A stretch of DNA of 64,000 nt from Octopus bimaculoides (taxonomy: Eukaryota), in assembly GCF_001194135.2 (NCBI RefSeq), contig NC_068982.1:3961266-4025265 (forward strand), read 5' to 3'. The number at the start of each line of letters is the position of its first letter. The first letter of the stretch is position 1. Both the position numbers and the translations under genes were made by a program. Of the stretch, positions 39,116 through 53,547 are shown one piece after another. The notes below the pieces were generated by a model that was given only the letters and a program-made list of their open reading frames with translations, was not told the origin of the DNA and ran no database searches.

Positions 39116-41829
39116 CATTCCTGGAATGAGCAAAGTATTTCTTATGTTGAAGAACTGTTGAACATTTTTTGTAATAATGTCTCCTTGAAGCTTATATTTT
39201 CTATTTATATATTTTTTATAAAACTCTTTTCAATGATCCTGAACGTGTCGAGTGTAAATTATTTCTGAGCAGATAAATTTGCTAATTCAGCAATTAGCAA
39301 ACTTAAGAGGAAAAAAAAAAATCCTTTTCATGTACTTCTCATTTCATTTACATAAAAGAAATTTTCTTTTTTCTTTATCATGAAAGGTCAACGTTCTGTT
39401 GTATCAAACAAAGAAGAATGATGTTATTTTAAATAAAATAAGAGAATAAAACAGACGTGCATCGTGACTTTTGAAGGTAAAGTGGTGGGTAACTTATCAC
39501 GTGTCATAAGTTCAAACCTTGCTAGAGCTGGCGCTGTTGTTGTTTAACCCTAATCAATAGTCTTGACTGATTCCAGCCATGGCCATCCAATCTTGTGGTA
39601 ATACCTAGTATATCTAGGGAAATATTATTCAAACTGTATTTCTGTTTTTCAGTTGGTAAGGTGACATCAGAGTGATTTCTGGCAGGTGGAGCAACCATGT
39701 AGAGCAGTGTTTCTTGATCCTTTTTACCCTTATGTAACCCTTAAAATAAATTACATGTCTCAAGGAACCCCTGCACAAAAAAAAATTATATACTATATCT
39801 ATCTCAGATAAAACTATTGTTTTACCGTGAGTAAAACGCTGTTGAAGTGTTAAGTGAAATTTGGCAATCGAGGATCGAATCCACGCAATGCCTGCATGAA
39901 GCCACTACAAATATGTTGTGGAATAAAAAATTTATCTTCTGTTATGGAAAAAGTTTAACTGTAAAAATGCAGAATTATCAGAATAATGGGCATTCAAAAA
40001 AGTATGTATGTATAGAAATGTATGAATGAAGTCTCTAATGTTTAAGATTCAAATTAAGGAAGTACAATAATAATGTTTAGCAGTTCAAAACTATGAGTAG
40101 TGGAATGCAAAATTAGGTTGGCTGATCGTGAAAATCAAATATTGATCACTTTGCTAAAATCTGCAGGTGGTATGGGTTATTTCCCTTGGGTTTAAATTAA
40201 ATATTGGTAATATGTAGTAGATAGAAGTAGATTGGAAGGGTCCTATTATCGATTTTTTTCAACAATCTAAGTATGTCACGAGGTTTCCAGACATGAGTTC
40301 TATTCTCGTGTCAAGTTTCATCAAAATCAATAAAACAATGTAGGCGGAGTTAGCTAACAACGCCACAAACAAACACACCGATTCTCCACACATGTAGTTG
40401 ATATATATGTATATATACATGAATACATTAATAAGGAATATCAATAAATGTTGATTTTGTGATCAGGATTCAAACATGTCGGGGCACTGGCCACAGCTAT
40501 GATATTGTTTTTACTTGACTCAACAGGTCTTCTCAAGCATATCATATCAACCGATGCATCGGGGGTACTCTTAACAGGGCCGGACATGCGTGGCTGCGAT
40601 CTTACTTTAGTTGCCGGGTCTTTTCAATCACAGCATATCTCCAAAATAAAATGCAGAGTGTGTCCCTGTCGGTCATGCTGTAGGCAAAGAAGAGCAAAAC
40701 AACAAATGGAGTGGCAGTGGGAGATGCTGAAGCAGGCGGACAACATTTAAAGGCTTTGCCCTGAAGACGCTAGAGAAAGAAGAGTGAAACAACAAAAGGA
40801 GTGACTGAGTGACAGTGAGAGGTGGCTAACCACAGGTGGAGTGTAGTGAGCTTTGAATTCGCCAGTATTTTAATGAAAATGAAATTAAATTTTTATCTTA
40901 AATTATATTTATCAATTTCATACACACACACAAATAGGCATATATGTTACATGCAATAAAATGATTTCATCAATCTAAAAAATGCAAATCACTTTTGACA
41001 ACAATACGCAGGTCACATTCATTAATGGACTTCTTAAGATTGGTTCTTGTAGAGGGAATTGGAAGATGTAGCTTGTGATTTTTGAACCAAATGCTCAACA
41101 CTCGACGATCAGTCACAACAGCATCTTGTGATAACATTTTTAAAGGTGATGATAATGTTGGTGGCATGATGATGGTAAAACGATTTTTTTTTGACTAGGG
41201 TTAATTTTGGAAGAAGAGGAGAAATATACTTGAATAAGTATATTCTTGCTGCATATTTTACCAATTCTCTTGAAAGTTCTTAAATCCTTGGTTCTCAAGT
41301 CTTTCAACAATGATAACTATTTAGGACAAGTGGAGTTTGTACTCGTAGAAACTTTGACCATTGTAAAGTATTGTCAGGACTTCTGTTGATTGTATTGTTA
41401 CTGCTACCATGATGATGATGATGATGATGATTTAACGTCTGTTTTCTATGCTGGCATGGGTTGGACAGTTTGACAGGCGTTGGCAAAGCCAGGAGCCATA
41501 CCAGGCCCCATTTGTCTATTTTGGCATGATTTCTACAGCTGGACGCCTTTCCTAATTCCAACCACTTTACAGAGTGGTCAGGGTGCTTTTTTTTTTTTAC
41601 ATGGCACTGACAGGGTCACCGGGGTGGGGTGTGTGGGAGTAGTATTGAAGGGATGTGGCTTGTGCCAGTGGAGAGATTTAAGGTTTGGAAAGTTCATATC
41701 CTGACAATGAAGGAGTGATGCTAGAGCTGTAAAATCTTGCATTCATTAATTCCAACTCTTATTATTAATAACTGCATTGTTTCTTTCCAAGTAAACTGAC
41801 ATCTGACTGTTCAAAGAAGACTTCAAATG

Positions 41830-42650
41830 TAAATAGTACCATCTTCTTTTGAAAATGGACAAAGATTCGTAATGTGGTGTTATCAAGTATTTGCAGAAAA
41901 AGGGCTTAGCCCCCAATGACATGCATGTTGATATGGTTGTTAAATTAGGGGATGGACACTCCAGCTTTATCAACAGTGCTTGATCATGTTCACCATATGG
42001 TGATGGATGATGGGTGAATGACCATAAATCAAACAGCCAATGCTATTAGCATATCCTGTGAGAGAGTTGAGAATATTCTGCACAACAAACTTTGCATGAC
42101 AAAGGTTTCTTGTTCAGTGGGTGCTACATCTTCTGACATCTGATCAAAGGCATACCAAGCTGATCACATCACAGGAAAATCTGACATTGTTTGGGGCCAG
42201 ATCCAGCTGGTTTCCTAACCTAGGATGAGTGGTAGCTTCATCACTTTGAGTCAGAGTCAAAGAGACAATCCATGTGGTGGAAACACTCCTCACCTGTTCC
42301 AGAGAAGGCCAAGGTTGTTTCATCTGCAGGGAAGATGATGGCCTCGGTTTTTTGGAAGGCAAAAGGCATTGTGTTTATTGACTGTCTTCAAAAGGGCCAC
42401 ACCATTGGTGGAGAGTACTATGGCAACTTGCTGGGGCAGTTACAAAAGGCTCTCAAGACCAATGGCATCATGTCTGCTGTTGATGACATTTTTGACCAAC
42501 AGGATGAAAGCTTCTTCACCAATGGGATCCAAGAACTGCAACACCAATGGAAGAAGTGTGCTGACCACAAGGGACACTATGTTGAGAAACAAACGTCATT
42601 CTATGAGAGTATCTTGGTCAGTCTATGAACTTTTCACCTGACCCTCAGAT
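41830..42650 (+). mobile_element. Mariner remnant, irritans/Himar1-like
   Basis: SAGKMMASVFWKAKGIVFIDCLQKGHTIGGEYY and FFTNGIQELQHQWKKC. Confidence 0.85.
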
Positions 42651-42943
42651 AAAGGTGTTTTTTTTGGTATAGAGTAGATATGTGGATAGCTACAAGAACT
42701 GATGGCTTCACATATTCTTCATTTACTATTTTCAATTCTATTATTTAAAAAAGGAAAAAAAAAGAAAGAAAGAAATTATTAGGAATGAAAAGAATGTATG
42801 AAATACAATTTCCTTTTCTCTAATTAAATCCTTTATTAATACAGTAATTACTTTCGCTTTATTGTTACATTCCTTTAAGTTAGTTCAATGCTGAAGGTAT
42901 ATTAGTTTGATGTGTGTCTAAGTACATGACAGACATTGGAAAT

Positions 42944-43198
42944 TATCATCATCATCGTTGTCATCATCATCGTCATCATCATTGTTGTCGTCGTTATCGT
43001 CGTTATCATCGTCATCATCGTCGTCATCATCATTGTCGTTGTCATCAGCATCATCGTCGTCGTCATCACCATCTTCATTGTCATCATCATTGTCATCACC
43101 ATCATCATTGTCATCACCATCATCATCATCATCATCATCATCATTACCATCATCATCATCATCGTCATTATCATCATCATCATCATCGTCGTCGTCAC

Positions 43199-43231
<33 letters not shown>

Positions 43232-43365
43232 TACCATCATCAACATCATCGTCATTATCATCATCATCATCACCATCATCGTCGTCACCATCATCATCAT
43301 TGTCACCACCACCACCACCACCACCACCACCATCACCATCATCACCATCACCATCATCATCATTG
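42944..43365. repeat. Compound (CAT/CGT/CAC)n trinucleotide tract
   Basis: About 420 bp of degenerate CAT triplets. It explains the poly-His/Ser/Ile/Met ORFs in the track. Confidence 0.95.
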
Positions 43366-43569
43366 TTAACCTAATGTCCAATTTCCTATATTAGCATGCA
43401 ATGCAGAGGACTGTAGTGTGACATGTCAACAATTTTGCACCTCAATGTTTCAGGGACTCATTTCAGACTTCTCCACTTTGCATTTCTCATCTGCCCGTCA
43501 CACTGTTATCCTATTATATTTTCACTCCCACAAGTTCTTATCCATTAATATCATCTGCCCATACTAGCA

Positions 43570-44135
43570 CCACCATTTCTGTACACTAGTTTATGTCTAG
43601 ATATTAAGACGAGAATAAGTAAGGCAAGGACCGCTTTCCACCTGTTAAAAAAAGTATGGAGCGCAAGTGTAATTTCAATAAAGAACAAAATAAGAATTTT
43701 TAACACTAACATAAAAGCAGTGTTATTGTATGGGGCTGAGACATGGCGAGCAACAGTTAAGTCAAACAAGCAAATACAATCATTCATCAACAGGTGCTTG
43801 CGTAGTATACTTAAAATCAGATGGCCCGAACACATAAGCGATATGGAGCTATGACAAATCAAGTTTCGATTAGGGAGCAAATATTTAAGAAAAAGTGGAA
43901 GTGGATTGGTAGCACAATTAGAAAGGACACACCAAATGTAGCGAAAAGTGCTTTACAGTGGAATCTGGATGGATATAGAAAGAATGGTAGGCCTAAGAAC
44001 TCGTGGCGTAGATCAACACAAAAGGAACTAGAGAAAGGGGGACGTTCATGGCAGAGTATAAGTAAAGAAGCGAAAAATTATGCGACATGGAATTCAATTA
44101 TAAGTGGCCTATACTCCGCGTGGGAGGGTTAGAGG
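43570..44135 (+). mobile_element. RTE LINE C-terminal remnant
   Basis: RIFNTNIKAVLLYGAETW..FINRCLRSILKIRWP..KWKWIGSTIRK..ALQWNLDGYRKNGRPKNSWRR. Confidence 0.85.
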
Positions 44136-45345
44136 CAAAAAAAGAAAAGAAGTTTATGTCTATAACACATGACAGGTGCCAAGTAATTTCTGCTCTGCCT
44201 TTCATACTTCCATCATATTTAACCCCTTTTTTTTTATAGATCTGCACTCATTATTTTCAGCCCTCTATTATGCATCCTCACACTGCATTGGTGGACTCTC
44301 CCATCATCGATGACTGATGAGGATTCTGTAATTCGTTACTGAACATCCTGCACAGAAGATTTGTTTCTCGTGATCAAATGTTTGTGCCACACATAAAATC
44401 ACTCCGTTCATCAAATCAACTTTACCTGAACAGGTGCATAATGTACTGCATGTAAGATGATGAAATGAAGTATTTTGCTCAAGAACACAACATACCACCT
44501 GGTCTGGAAATTGAAACCATTATCTCGTGATTGTGAGTGTTACACCCAAACCACAAGGCCATGTACCCCCCCCCCCCCATGGTTTTATAAAGTTTTTCAT
44601 TGTAGTTGTTTTTTCTTGAAAGAATGTCCTCATCTGTCCAGAAAGTGTTCGGTTTACGCATGGATGAGGCTGCTGGAGGAGACATGTAGATCAGAGACGT
44701 GGTTAAAGACGACGGCCAGTAAATCATTAATTAGGAAAATAAATTGAGTATAAAGAAGATAAGAGGACAAAGATGTACCCCTTTTTTAAACCTGGCACCC
44801 CATTGGTTACAACAATGAGGGTTCCGGTTGGTTCAATCAACAGAACAGCTTGATCATGAAATAAATGTGCAAATGGCTGCACCAGGCTCCAATCTGATTT
44901 GGTAAGGTTTCTACAGCTGGATGCCCATCCTAATGGTATTTTATAAATCATTTGTGTAAAAAATAGGAAAAAAAGAGGATGTTGTCATTAATATACAAAA
45001 GGTAGATGGTCATGGCTAGAAGGACTTAGTCACAAGTTTATTCAATCAAGGTTGGCTGGCAACAAAACAACAACAAATATGTTTAGAGCCAACAAAGAAT
45101 CTGCCATTTTTTTTGTTTTACTAGTGTCAGCTTAAGAGCTCTGGCCATGCTGGGGCACTGCTATGTCAGTGATTCTCAATTTCTATTTTTATTTCACCCC
45201 ACCTCATACTTTTTCATGTATTTCACTATTTACTCTTTTTACTCTCACGGAAAATTATGCACTAATTAATTGCTCATCAGCATAATTATTTAACATCCAT
45301 TTTTTCATGCTGGCATGGGTTGGGTGGCTTGATAAGAGTTGGTAA

Positions 45346-45647
45346 AATTACTATTTTAAAATCTCACAACGAGAGATATTCAGCAACAGTACTTTGGAGT
45401 AAAGATTGTTTGCCAACATAACATGGCAGTCCTGGTTTAGGACGAATGTTGCTGTAATTTAGTCCCAGGAGACATCGTCTCGAGCTGACTAAATGAGACG
45501 ATCTGTGTCCTTATATAAAAAAAGATATAAGGACACAGACACTGTGTCATATAGCCAGTTGGAGACGATGTCTCCTGGGGCTAAATTACAGTAACTTTCG
45601 TCTTAAACCAGGACTGCCGTGTTATGTTGGCCAACAATCTTTACTCC
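45346..45647. mobile_element. Fold-back element, copy 2 (shorter centre)
   Basis: Same leader and arms. Flanked by AAGAGTTGG(T/C)AA direct repeats. Confidence 0.8.
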
Positions 45648-46481
45648 AAGAGTTGGCAAGTTGGAGAGATGCACCAGGCTCCAGTAATTTGTTTGGCATG
45701 GTTTCTATGGCTGGATGCCTTTCCTAATGCCAACCACTTTACAAAGTGTACTGGGTGCTCTTTTACATGGCACTGGCACAGGTGCTTTTTATGTACCACC
45801 AGCACTGACAGGGTCACTGAGTAACTTGTGAGACAAAACCCCTTTCGGCTGGGAGGAGGGAGTTGGAAAAGAAAGGGGTAGGCGGGTTAGAGAGTAAGAT
45901 AAAGAAAGTGGGTGGGTTAGAGAGTATGATAAAGAGAGCAATAGTGAGAGAGATGGTGGGGAAGATGAGTCAAAACATTGGGAGTGGTGAGAATAAGTGG
46001 GGTGACACAGAGGTTTGGATTGGGTGAGTGGGCAGGGTAGAGCTGACTGAGGCAATGCTACCTTTAAGATAGTGTGTTAGCACTTTTTAAATCATTAAGA
46101 TGATGTTACAATAGATCTGACCAGCAACTCTCTATATTCTATCACATTATATTGACATTGATAAGGACCTGTAAGTATTCAGATATGGGTGGAGTTAAAG
46201 CGAAAGCTGTTAAACAATTAAGAGACAGCATACACCTGCTTCTGAGTTGATGTGTGTTTGAATGTATACATGTATATATAAATATGTGTGTGTGTATGAT
46301 GATTGAGTAGATACCTGATTGTATTTGTGGATGTGTTCAGTTTTCTTAAGGATTATGATGTGTGTGCACAAGCGCAAACTTGTTTGTGCAGTGAAAAGTA
46401 CAGGGGAAAGATTTATCTTTTTTGAGATGTGTAAAGTTCATATAATTATGTGTGCGCTGTATGTGTGTGCGTGTGTGTGTT

Positions 46482-46516
<35 letters not shown>

Positions 46517-46528
46517 GTNNNNNNNNNN

Positions 46529-46579
<51 letters not shown>

Positions 46580-48162
46580 GCCTATTTGTTAAAGTTCTTC
46601 TGTATACACAGACAAACAAACTGAAGTTTTAGATCATATGTGTTCATGTCTATTTTAAGGAGTTAATTAAATATTTTTTTGGCAGCATATGGAGAAACGT
46701 TTAAACTGGTTAGACCATATGCCAATGTCATAAAAGAAACAAATTATTAGGTAAAGAAATTAAAGAATAAAAAGCAAACAATAGTTATTGAGAATTGAAA
46801 ATACTTAGCCAGTTGCCTATTTGGAGTTGATGAAGAATTATTTCTACAATGGCAAAGAATGTTAAATCTTTTTAGTAACAATTCAATCTTGGCATTTTAA
46901 CTTCATTTAGAATCAATTTAGAGTTTTCAAGATTTCATCAACAGAGACTGTGTGTGCAAACCCTAGCAGACTATTAAAATACTCGGCAGAATTGAGCTGA
47001 AATCAATTATGTATATCCTCATCAGCATCATCATCATCATCGTATCTTACTCTCCAACTCATTCCCCTTTGTTTGTCCAACTGGGGTATTCATGTATCTA
47101 CCCTGCAGCAAGACACCCATATGTGTCCTCCATCTTTACCTTAAATCTCTTAAATATCACAAAGGCCCACCCCTTCAACTGCCACTCTCCCACTCCTAGT
47201 TAAAGGGTTTTTGCCTTGCAAGGTACTTGGTAGCTGTGTTAGTGCTGGTGCTACATGAAGTGCACTGATGCTACATGAAAGGCACTGATGCTAGTGCTAC
47301 ATGAAATGCACTGGTGATGGGGCTACATTAAAAAGCACCTGGTACACTCTGTAAAGTTGTTGGTGTTAGCAAAGGTATCTAGGGGTAGAAAAAAATGCCA
47401 AAGCAGACAATGGAACCCGGTGCAGCTCTCCAGCCTTGCCAGCCCCTGTCAAACCATCCAAAAAATGCCCACATGGAAAATAGATGTTAAATGACGATGA
47501 TAATTACACAAACACACACACACATACACATTCTTTTATTCTTTTATTCGTTTCAGTCATTTCACTGCAGCCATGCTGGAGCACTGCCTTTAGTTGAACA
47601 AATTGACCCAGGGTCAATTTCTTTCTAAGCCTAATACTTCTTCTATTGGTCTCTTTTGCTGAACTGCTAAGATATGGGGATGCAAACACACCAACATCAG
47701 CTATCAAGTGATGGAGGGGGGGACAAACACATACACACATACACATATACACACACACATATATACATACGACAGGCTTCTTTCAGTTTCCATCTACCAA
47801 ATCCACTCACAAGGCTTTGGTCAGCCTGAGGCTATAGCAAAAGACACTTTCCCAAGGTACCACGCAGTGGGACTGAACACGGAACCATGTGGTTGGGAAG
47901 CAAGCTTCTTACCACACAGCCACTCCTACGACAGGCTTCTTTTCAGTTTCCGTCTACCAAATCCACTCACAAGGCTTTGGTCGGCCTGAGGCTATAGCAG
48001 AAGACAGTTGCCCAAGGTGCCATGAAGTGGGACTGAACCCTGAACCATGTGGTTGGTAAGCAAGCTACTTACCACACAGCCATTCCTGTGCCTATGATAT
48101 ACATATATATATAAGTTAAGTTAATCGCTGCATCAATGTGGCTGTTGCATGTTACTACTAGT

Positions 48163-48398
48163 TTAACCCCAGGCAGATCTTCCGCTAGCTGGTTATTGGT
48201 GCAGTACTGCACCCTGTACATATATATTACCAGAAGGGGAATGAACCCCTACCATCCTCCAACAGATGAAAGGATTGCAAAACCGATTCAGTTTTCAGCT
48301 AGTTTACTCATCCTCAGTCGCGAACACCTGGTCGCTCACCTGCTAGCAATATATATCTACACCGATAACCAGTTGGCGGAAGATCTACCTGGGGTTAA
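48163..48398. mobile_element. piggyBac-type MITE
   Basis: TTAA|CCCCAGGCAGATCTTCCGCTAGCTGGTTATTGGTG ... CACCGATAACCAGTTGGCGGAAGATCTACCTGGGG|TTAA. Confidence 0.8.
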
Positions 48399-48498
48399 AC
48401 ATGGAACAGCCATTTTGATGTGGTGATTAACTTTATTTGTTAGTATAGTTACTACTCTGATCTCTTATTGAGATTTTTACAACTAGCTATTTTGCTTG

Positions 48499-49896
48499 TC
48501 ATAGTATAATGGGGGTAATGTCCGTCCATCTGTACTCATATCACGGCCAAACAGTTGGGCCGATCGGCATGAAAATTTGTAGGGGTGTTGGGGGGGGGTC
48601 TCTAGGGTAGTTTATATATAGGTTTGGTCTCTCCCCCACTCCCTATTTTTAGAGAAATTCCATCAAAGAGGTAACCAAAGAGGTAACTTTGGCAGAAGGA
48701 ATAGGGTGGCCTATACCCTCCTAAAGGGAATGCTTGACCTCCTCCTTCTGCCCCTGCTCCTGTCCCTGTCCCACCACCACCACCACTCCTACCCAAGTAA
48801 TACCATCAATTGAGGTAAATTTGACACCCGGAGGTAAGTTTTGTAAGAGGAATANNNNNNNNNNNNNNNNNNNNNNNNNNNNNNNNNNNNNNNNNNNNNN
48901 NNNNNNNNNNNNNNNNNNNNNNNNNNNNNNNNNNNNNNNNNNNNNNNNNNNNNNNNNNNNNNNNNNNNNNNNNNNNNNNNNNNNNNNNNNNNNNNNNNNN
49001 NNNNNNNNNNNNNNNNNNNNNNNNNNNNNNNNNNNNNNNNNNNNNNNNNNNNNNNNNNNNNNNNNNNNNNNNNNNNNNNNNNNNNNNNNNNNNNNNNNNN
49101 NNNNNNNNNNNNNNNNNNNNNNNNNNNNNNNNNNNNNNNNNNNNCCACAGTCAACACTTTGGATTTTTACTCTGGTAACTTTTCCTACTTTGCATCATAC
49201 TACGATGTATAAAACAGGGAACGACATGATATGCGTGCATTATATTACACGTTGATTAAAATGTAACAAAAGATTTTTACCCATCGGGACTACCAGTACA
49301 CAAAATAGCTTTGAAGAAGGGTTGTCCGATTATGCTTCTTCGGAATTTTCACCCAGCTAATGGACATTGCAACGGAACAAGATACACTGTTACCGAACTT
49401 AACTCTCACGTCATCGAAGCAGTGACAGCAACTGGTCCTCACACAGGCAAACGTTTGTTTATAGCTCGGATACCTCTCTGATGCCTTCAGATAGTCAGTT
49501 TCCATTTCAGTTACGACGCAGGCAGTTTCCTATCAAATTAGCCTTCTCTTTTACGGCCAACAAGTCTCAGGGCCAGACTTTGGATCACGTCAGTGTGTTT
49601 CTGCCCTCTCCTATGTTCAGGCACGCCCAGCTGTATGTCGCGATGAGTTGGGCAACGGATTCACCTAATTTGAAACTTAGTTGTGGACAAACGGAGAATA
49701 TTGTTTGCAAAGAGGTTTTGTAAAGATAACACCATGAATGTGTTATGTAAATGTTTACATATATATTGTTCAATAAGGTACACTATATAGTTTAGCACTA
49801 TTAAATATAATGAATAAAAATAAGTACATTACAACTTAAATTGTCTCGATTTGCACCCTGATCTTATCACCCATCATAGATGGGTAAGTTTGCTAG
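48499..49896 (+). mobile_element. Helitron with PIF1 helicase remnant, spanning a gap
   Basis: GCPIMLLRNF..NGHCNGTR and RRRQFPIKLAFSFTANKSQGQTL..HAQLYVAMS. 3' hairpin ACCCATC-ATA-GATGGGT (49869-49885) followed by CTAG|T (49893-49896). The 5' TC boundary is tentative. Confidence 0.8.
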
Positions 49897-50379
49897 TATA
49901 TGTAATTGTAAGATCCAAAAACTTAGGCATATGAAATTCGTAAGCTTCAAGCAGTCCATAGGAGGTATAAAAACACAACTTTCTGGAACAATAATAGCCT
50001 ATTTTGTAGGTTTTTCCCCACATTGAAGTTCAAGAAGCTGAAAAAAGTTTTGTATATTTCACGGTTAGCAACTAGAGTTGTTATGAATGGGAATAAAAAT
50101 CCATATTGAAGGAATGAAAGCAGGTAAAAATCCAGGCTACATACGTTTCCTAGCTAGCAGAACCTTGGAAGTAACAATTGCTCAATGAGTAACCTTCATT
50201 TGACTAAGGTATTTTTGGCCCGATGAGTAACCAGTGGAGTATCCTTCGTTGAGCAATTATTACTTCCGAGATTCTGCTAGCTAGGAAACGTATGCAGCCT
50301 GGATTTTACCTGCTCCATTCCCTCAATTTAGATATATCAGGTCATTAAGAATGAAATATCCTATTTTGAACTGAAAGTT

Positions 50380-50890
50380 TATTTTACTTTATCTCAACAA
50401 AAACCAATGCAGTTAATCAAAGTATGTTCCTAAACTATCAGCACAATTTTGCCATTTTATCCGTTGCTTATTTATGCCAGTACTGAAAAATTCTGGAGAG
50501 CAAGAGGTGATGAAATCATGAAAGGTTGTTTTTGCATCTTCTTCAGATTTGAAGTTTTTTCCTTGTAAAAAGTTATTTAATGCCTGGAAAACTTGATAGT
50601 CAGTTTGTGCAAGGTCTGGTGAATATGGTGGATGACAGAGTACTTCCAAGTTCAGTTCCTGTGTCTTGAGTAGTGTTCTTTGTGCAACTGTGGTCGAGCA
50701 TTGTCTTGCAAGTGATTTGGCCTGTCTCTTTTGACCAATCATGGTTGTTTAATTGCAAGTTCACTCATCATTTCATCCAGTTGGTTGGTGTATACATCCA
50801 CTGAATTAACTTACCAGGTCTCATGAAGCTGTAGTGGATGATACCAGTGCTGGACTACCAAACAGACACTATTAGCTTTTTTTGGTGAAT
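50380..50890 (-). mobile_element. Mariner transposase C-terminal remnant
   Basis: HPPYSPDLAQTDYQVFQALNNFLQGK. Confidence 0.85.
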
Positions 50891-52670
50891 ATTATTTTTT
50901 GGATTGTGTTTTGGCACTTTGTCTCTATCCAACCACTGTGCAGAACACTTCCTATTGTTGAAAAGAATCTGTAACCATGTCTCATCTCTAACAGCAACAC
51001 ACCTGTTTCTGTCCCTCTCTCACCTCCAACCACCAAGCATAAGGCCACCTCCTCCAACATTCCTCACCTCCCAAATGATCTTTGTCTGGTGAGATACTTG
51101 GTGACCCTGCCAGTGCCAAAACCCAGGCCACCCTGTAAGGTGGTTGGTATTAGGAAGGGCATCCAGCTGTAAAAACCCTGCCAAAACAGAAAAAAGGGAA
51201 CCTGGTGCAGTCTTCTGCCAAGGCAGCTCCTGTCAAACTGTCCAACCCATGCCAGCATGGAAAACAGATGTTAAATGATGATGATGGTGATGATATATAT
51301 ATGTGTGTGTGTGTGTGTGTGTATGATGGGTCCATCTACCAAATCCACCCACAAAGCTTTTGTTTGGCCTGAGGCTATAATAGAAGAGCCTTGCCCAATG
51401 TGCCATACTGTGAGATTGAACCCGGAACCATATGGTTAGCGTCTTACCGCACAGCCATGCTTGAAATGTTGTGCCCATAGCTGAAATTCGTTGGTATACT
51501 GGATCCAGTTTGATGTGAAGCAAAATAACTCAAAGCAGAGATTTTAGCGCTACCCTCTCCACTGCCACACTGCCATAATTTAACATATGAACGAGCAAAT
51601 ATATTTAATTAATAATGAAATATTCAGAGAGCAAAATACAAAATGGAGTTATTTGAATTTTATGGCTTCAGAGATGTTGAATATAATCTCAACTAAAAAT
51701 AAACTTCATTAGTTAGTATGTCTTTTAACAACATCATTTGAATTACAATGTGAAAGCATTTAATTCGTTATTAGTGCTAAATTAAACTGAATTTAAATAG
51801 AATATCAACATAGATAGGAATTTTCGAATCATTTAATATAGTATAAAAAAGTTATAAATAAAGTTTGAGGCAGAAACCACATGTTGTATTGGTTGGAATG
51901 CATGGAATTTAGATAAAACTTTGATTAGTAAATCCCGCAGAGAAAATATCTACCCAGGTAAATTTTGAGTTTTATTGGAAAGAATGCAAGTGTTTCGTCT
52001 CTCATTTCCAACAACTTTAAAGAAATGGATTTGATTATAAGGGTCCACCTCTTCCTTTTTCTTTCTCACTGATGCCCCAATTATTCTCATTCCGACATAT
52101 CTTCTCCCTCATCTCTCTCATTACTGCTCTCTTTATCTTACTCTCTAACTCACCCACCCTCCTTTCTCTGCCAACTGGGGTATCCATGTATCTACTCTAC
52201 CAACCCCTGTCACCAGGACACCAACCCCTGTCCCCTTAATCTCTTAACTGGCACAAAGTCACCACACACCTCCCTACTACTCCCTTCCTCCAGCTGAAGG
52301 GGTTTTTGTCTTGCAGCTTATTTGGTGAACCTGTCGGTGCTGGTGTCATGTAAAAAACATTCAACAGAACCTATAAAGTGGTTGGCATTAGGAAGGGCAT
52401 CCAACCGTAGAAACCATGCCAGAACAGACAATGGAGTTTGGTGCAGCCTCCCCCACCCACCGCCTTACCAGTTCCTGTCAAACTATCCAACCCATTCCAG
52501 CATGGAAAACAGATGTTAGATGATGATGATGATGATAACATCTAGTATGGCTTTTGAAAAGCCAAGTCCACAGCAGTTTTTCTCATTTATGCCTCTCACC
52601 AACAAGCTTTTCGGAACTTATTGACTGCATATAATTTCCACTTAAACTTTCTCTTGTTCCTATTATATCA

Positions 52671-53547
52671 CTAGCTGATGTACCTGGTAGTTCCTGGGAA
52701 AACGGGGCTTATCCCTTTATTCCGTTCTCATAATTGTTTCGCTAATCCAACAACAACAATACAAAGTATGTAGCCCTTAAAACGGTTTTTGTGCATTTAC
52801 AGAGAATACCAAACTGTCTTACAAAGGATCTAGTTTTTAGGAATTCCCAATAAATTATAAATACCCAAATTGTGAAGTCAGTTATGTAATAGCATGAAAT
52901 TAGTTACTTGGTAGTAAGAATTCAAATAAAGTAGCCCTGAAAAGGGCTTTAATGTGTTCTCAGAGTATGTAAAGCATAGGAGGAAATGCTAAGTTATGTA
53001 TACTAAAATCGTGAAGCATGTTAATTAATAACAAGCTAATCAGATATGAGATAATAACAATTCAAAGTAAATAACTCTGAAAAGGGCTTTTGTGCATTCC
53101 CAGAGAATATTACCCTCAGGGGTGCTAGTGTTGGTATATTTGTGAATAAGTCACTAACCGAAATAAGTGGATCTATTGTTTAGGAAGATACTATTTACTT
53201 GTTTAAGGGTTGTGCTAGATAAATTGCAAAAACAACTCTAACAGTTCAAACACTAAGAAATAAGCATACTCAATTTCCCTTGGCTATATATAAGGATCCC
53301 TTCCAGGGGCGAATGGGTTATTTCCCTTGGTTTTAAAAATAAAATATGTTAGATATATATATAAGGATCCCTTCCAGGGACCCTATTATTGATTTTTTTT
53401 CAACAATCTGAGTATGCCATTAGGTTTCCAGACATGAGTTCTACTCACGTGTCGAGTTTCATCAAAATCAATAAAACGATGTTGGAGGAGTTAGCTAATA
53501 ACTCCACAAACACCCCCACAGACAGAATTTCCCACATATGTAGTAGA
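52671..53547 (-). mobile_element. Non-autonomous Helitron-like element, apparently complete
   Basis: On minus strand A|TCTACTACATATG ... CAGCTAG|T (AT target). A related partial copy lies at about 40173-40400. Confidence 0.6.

Noticed and set aside
42902-43394. Poly-His, poly-Ser, poly-Ile and poly-Met ORFs
   Set aside because: Translations of a (CAT)n microsatellite, open in several frames.
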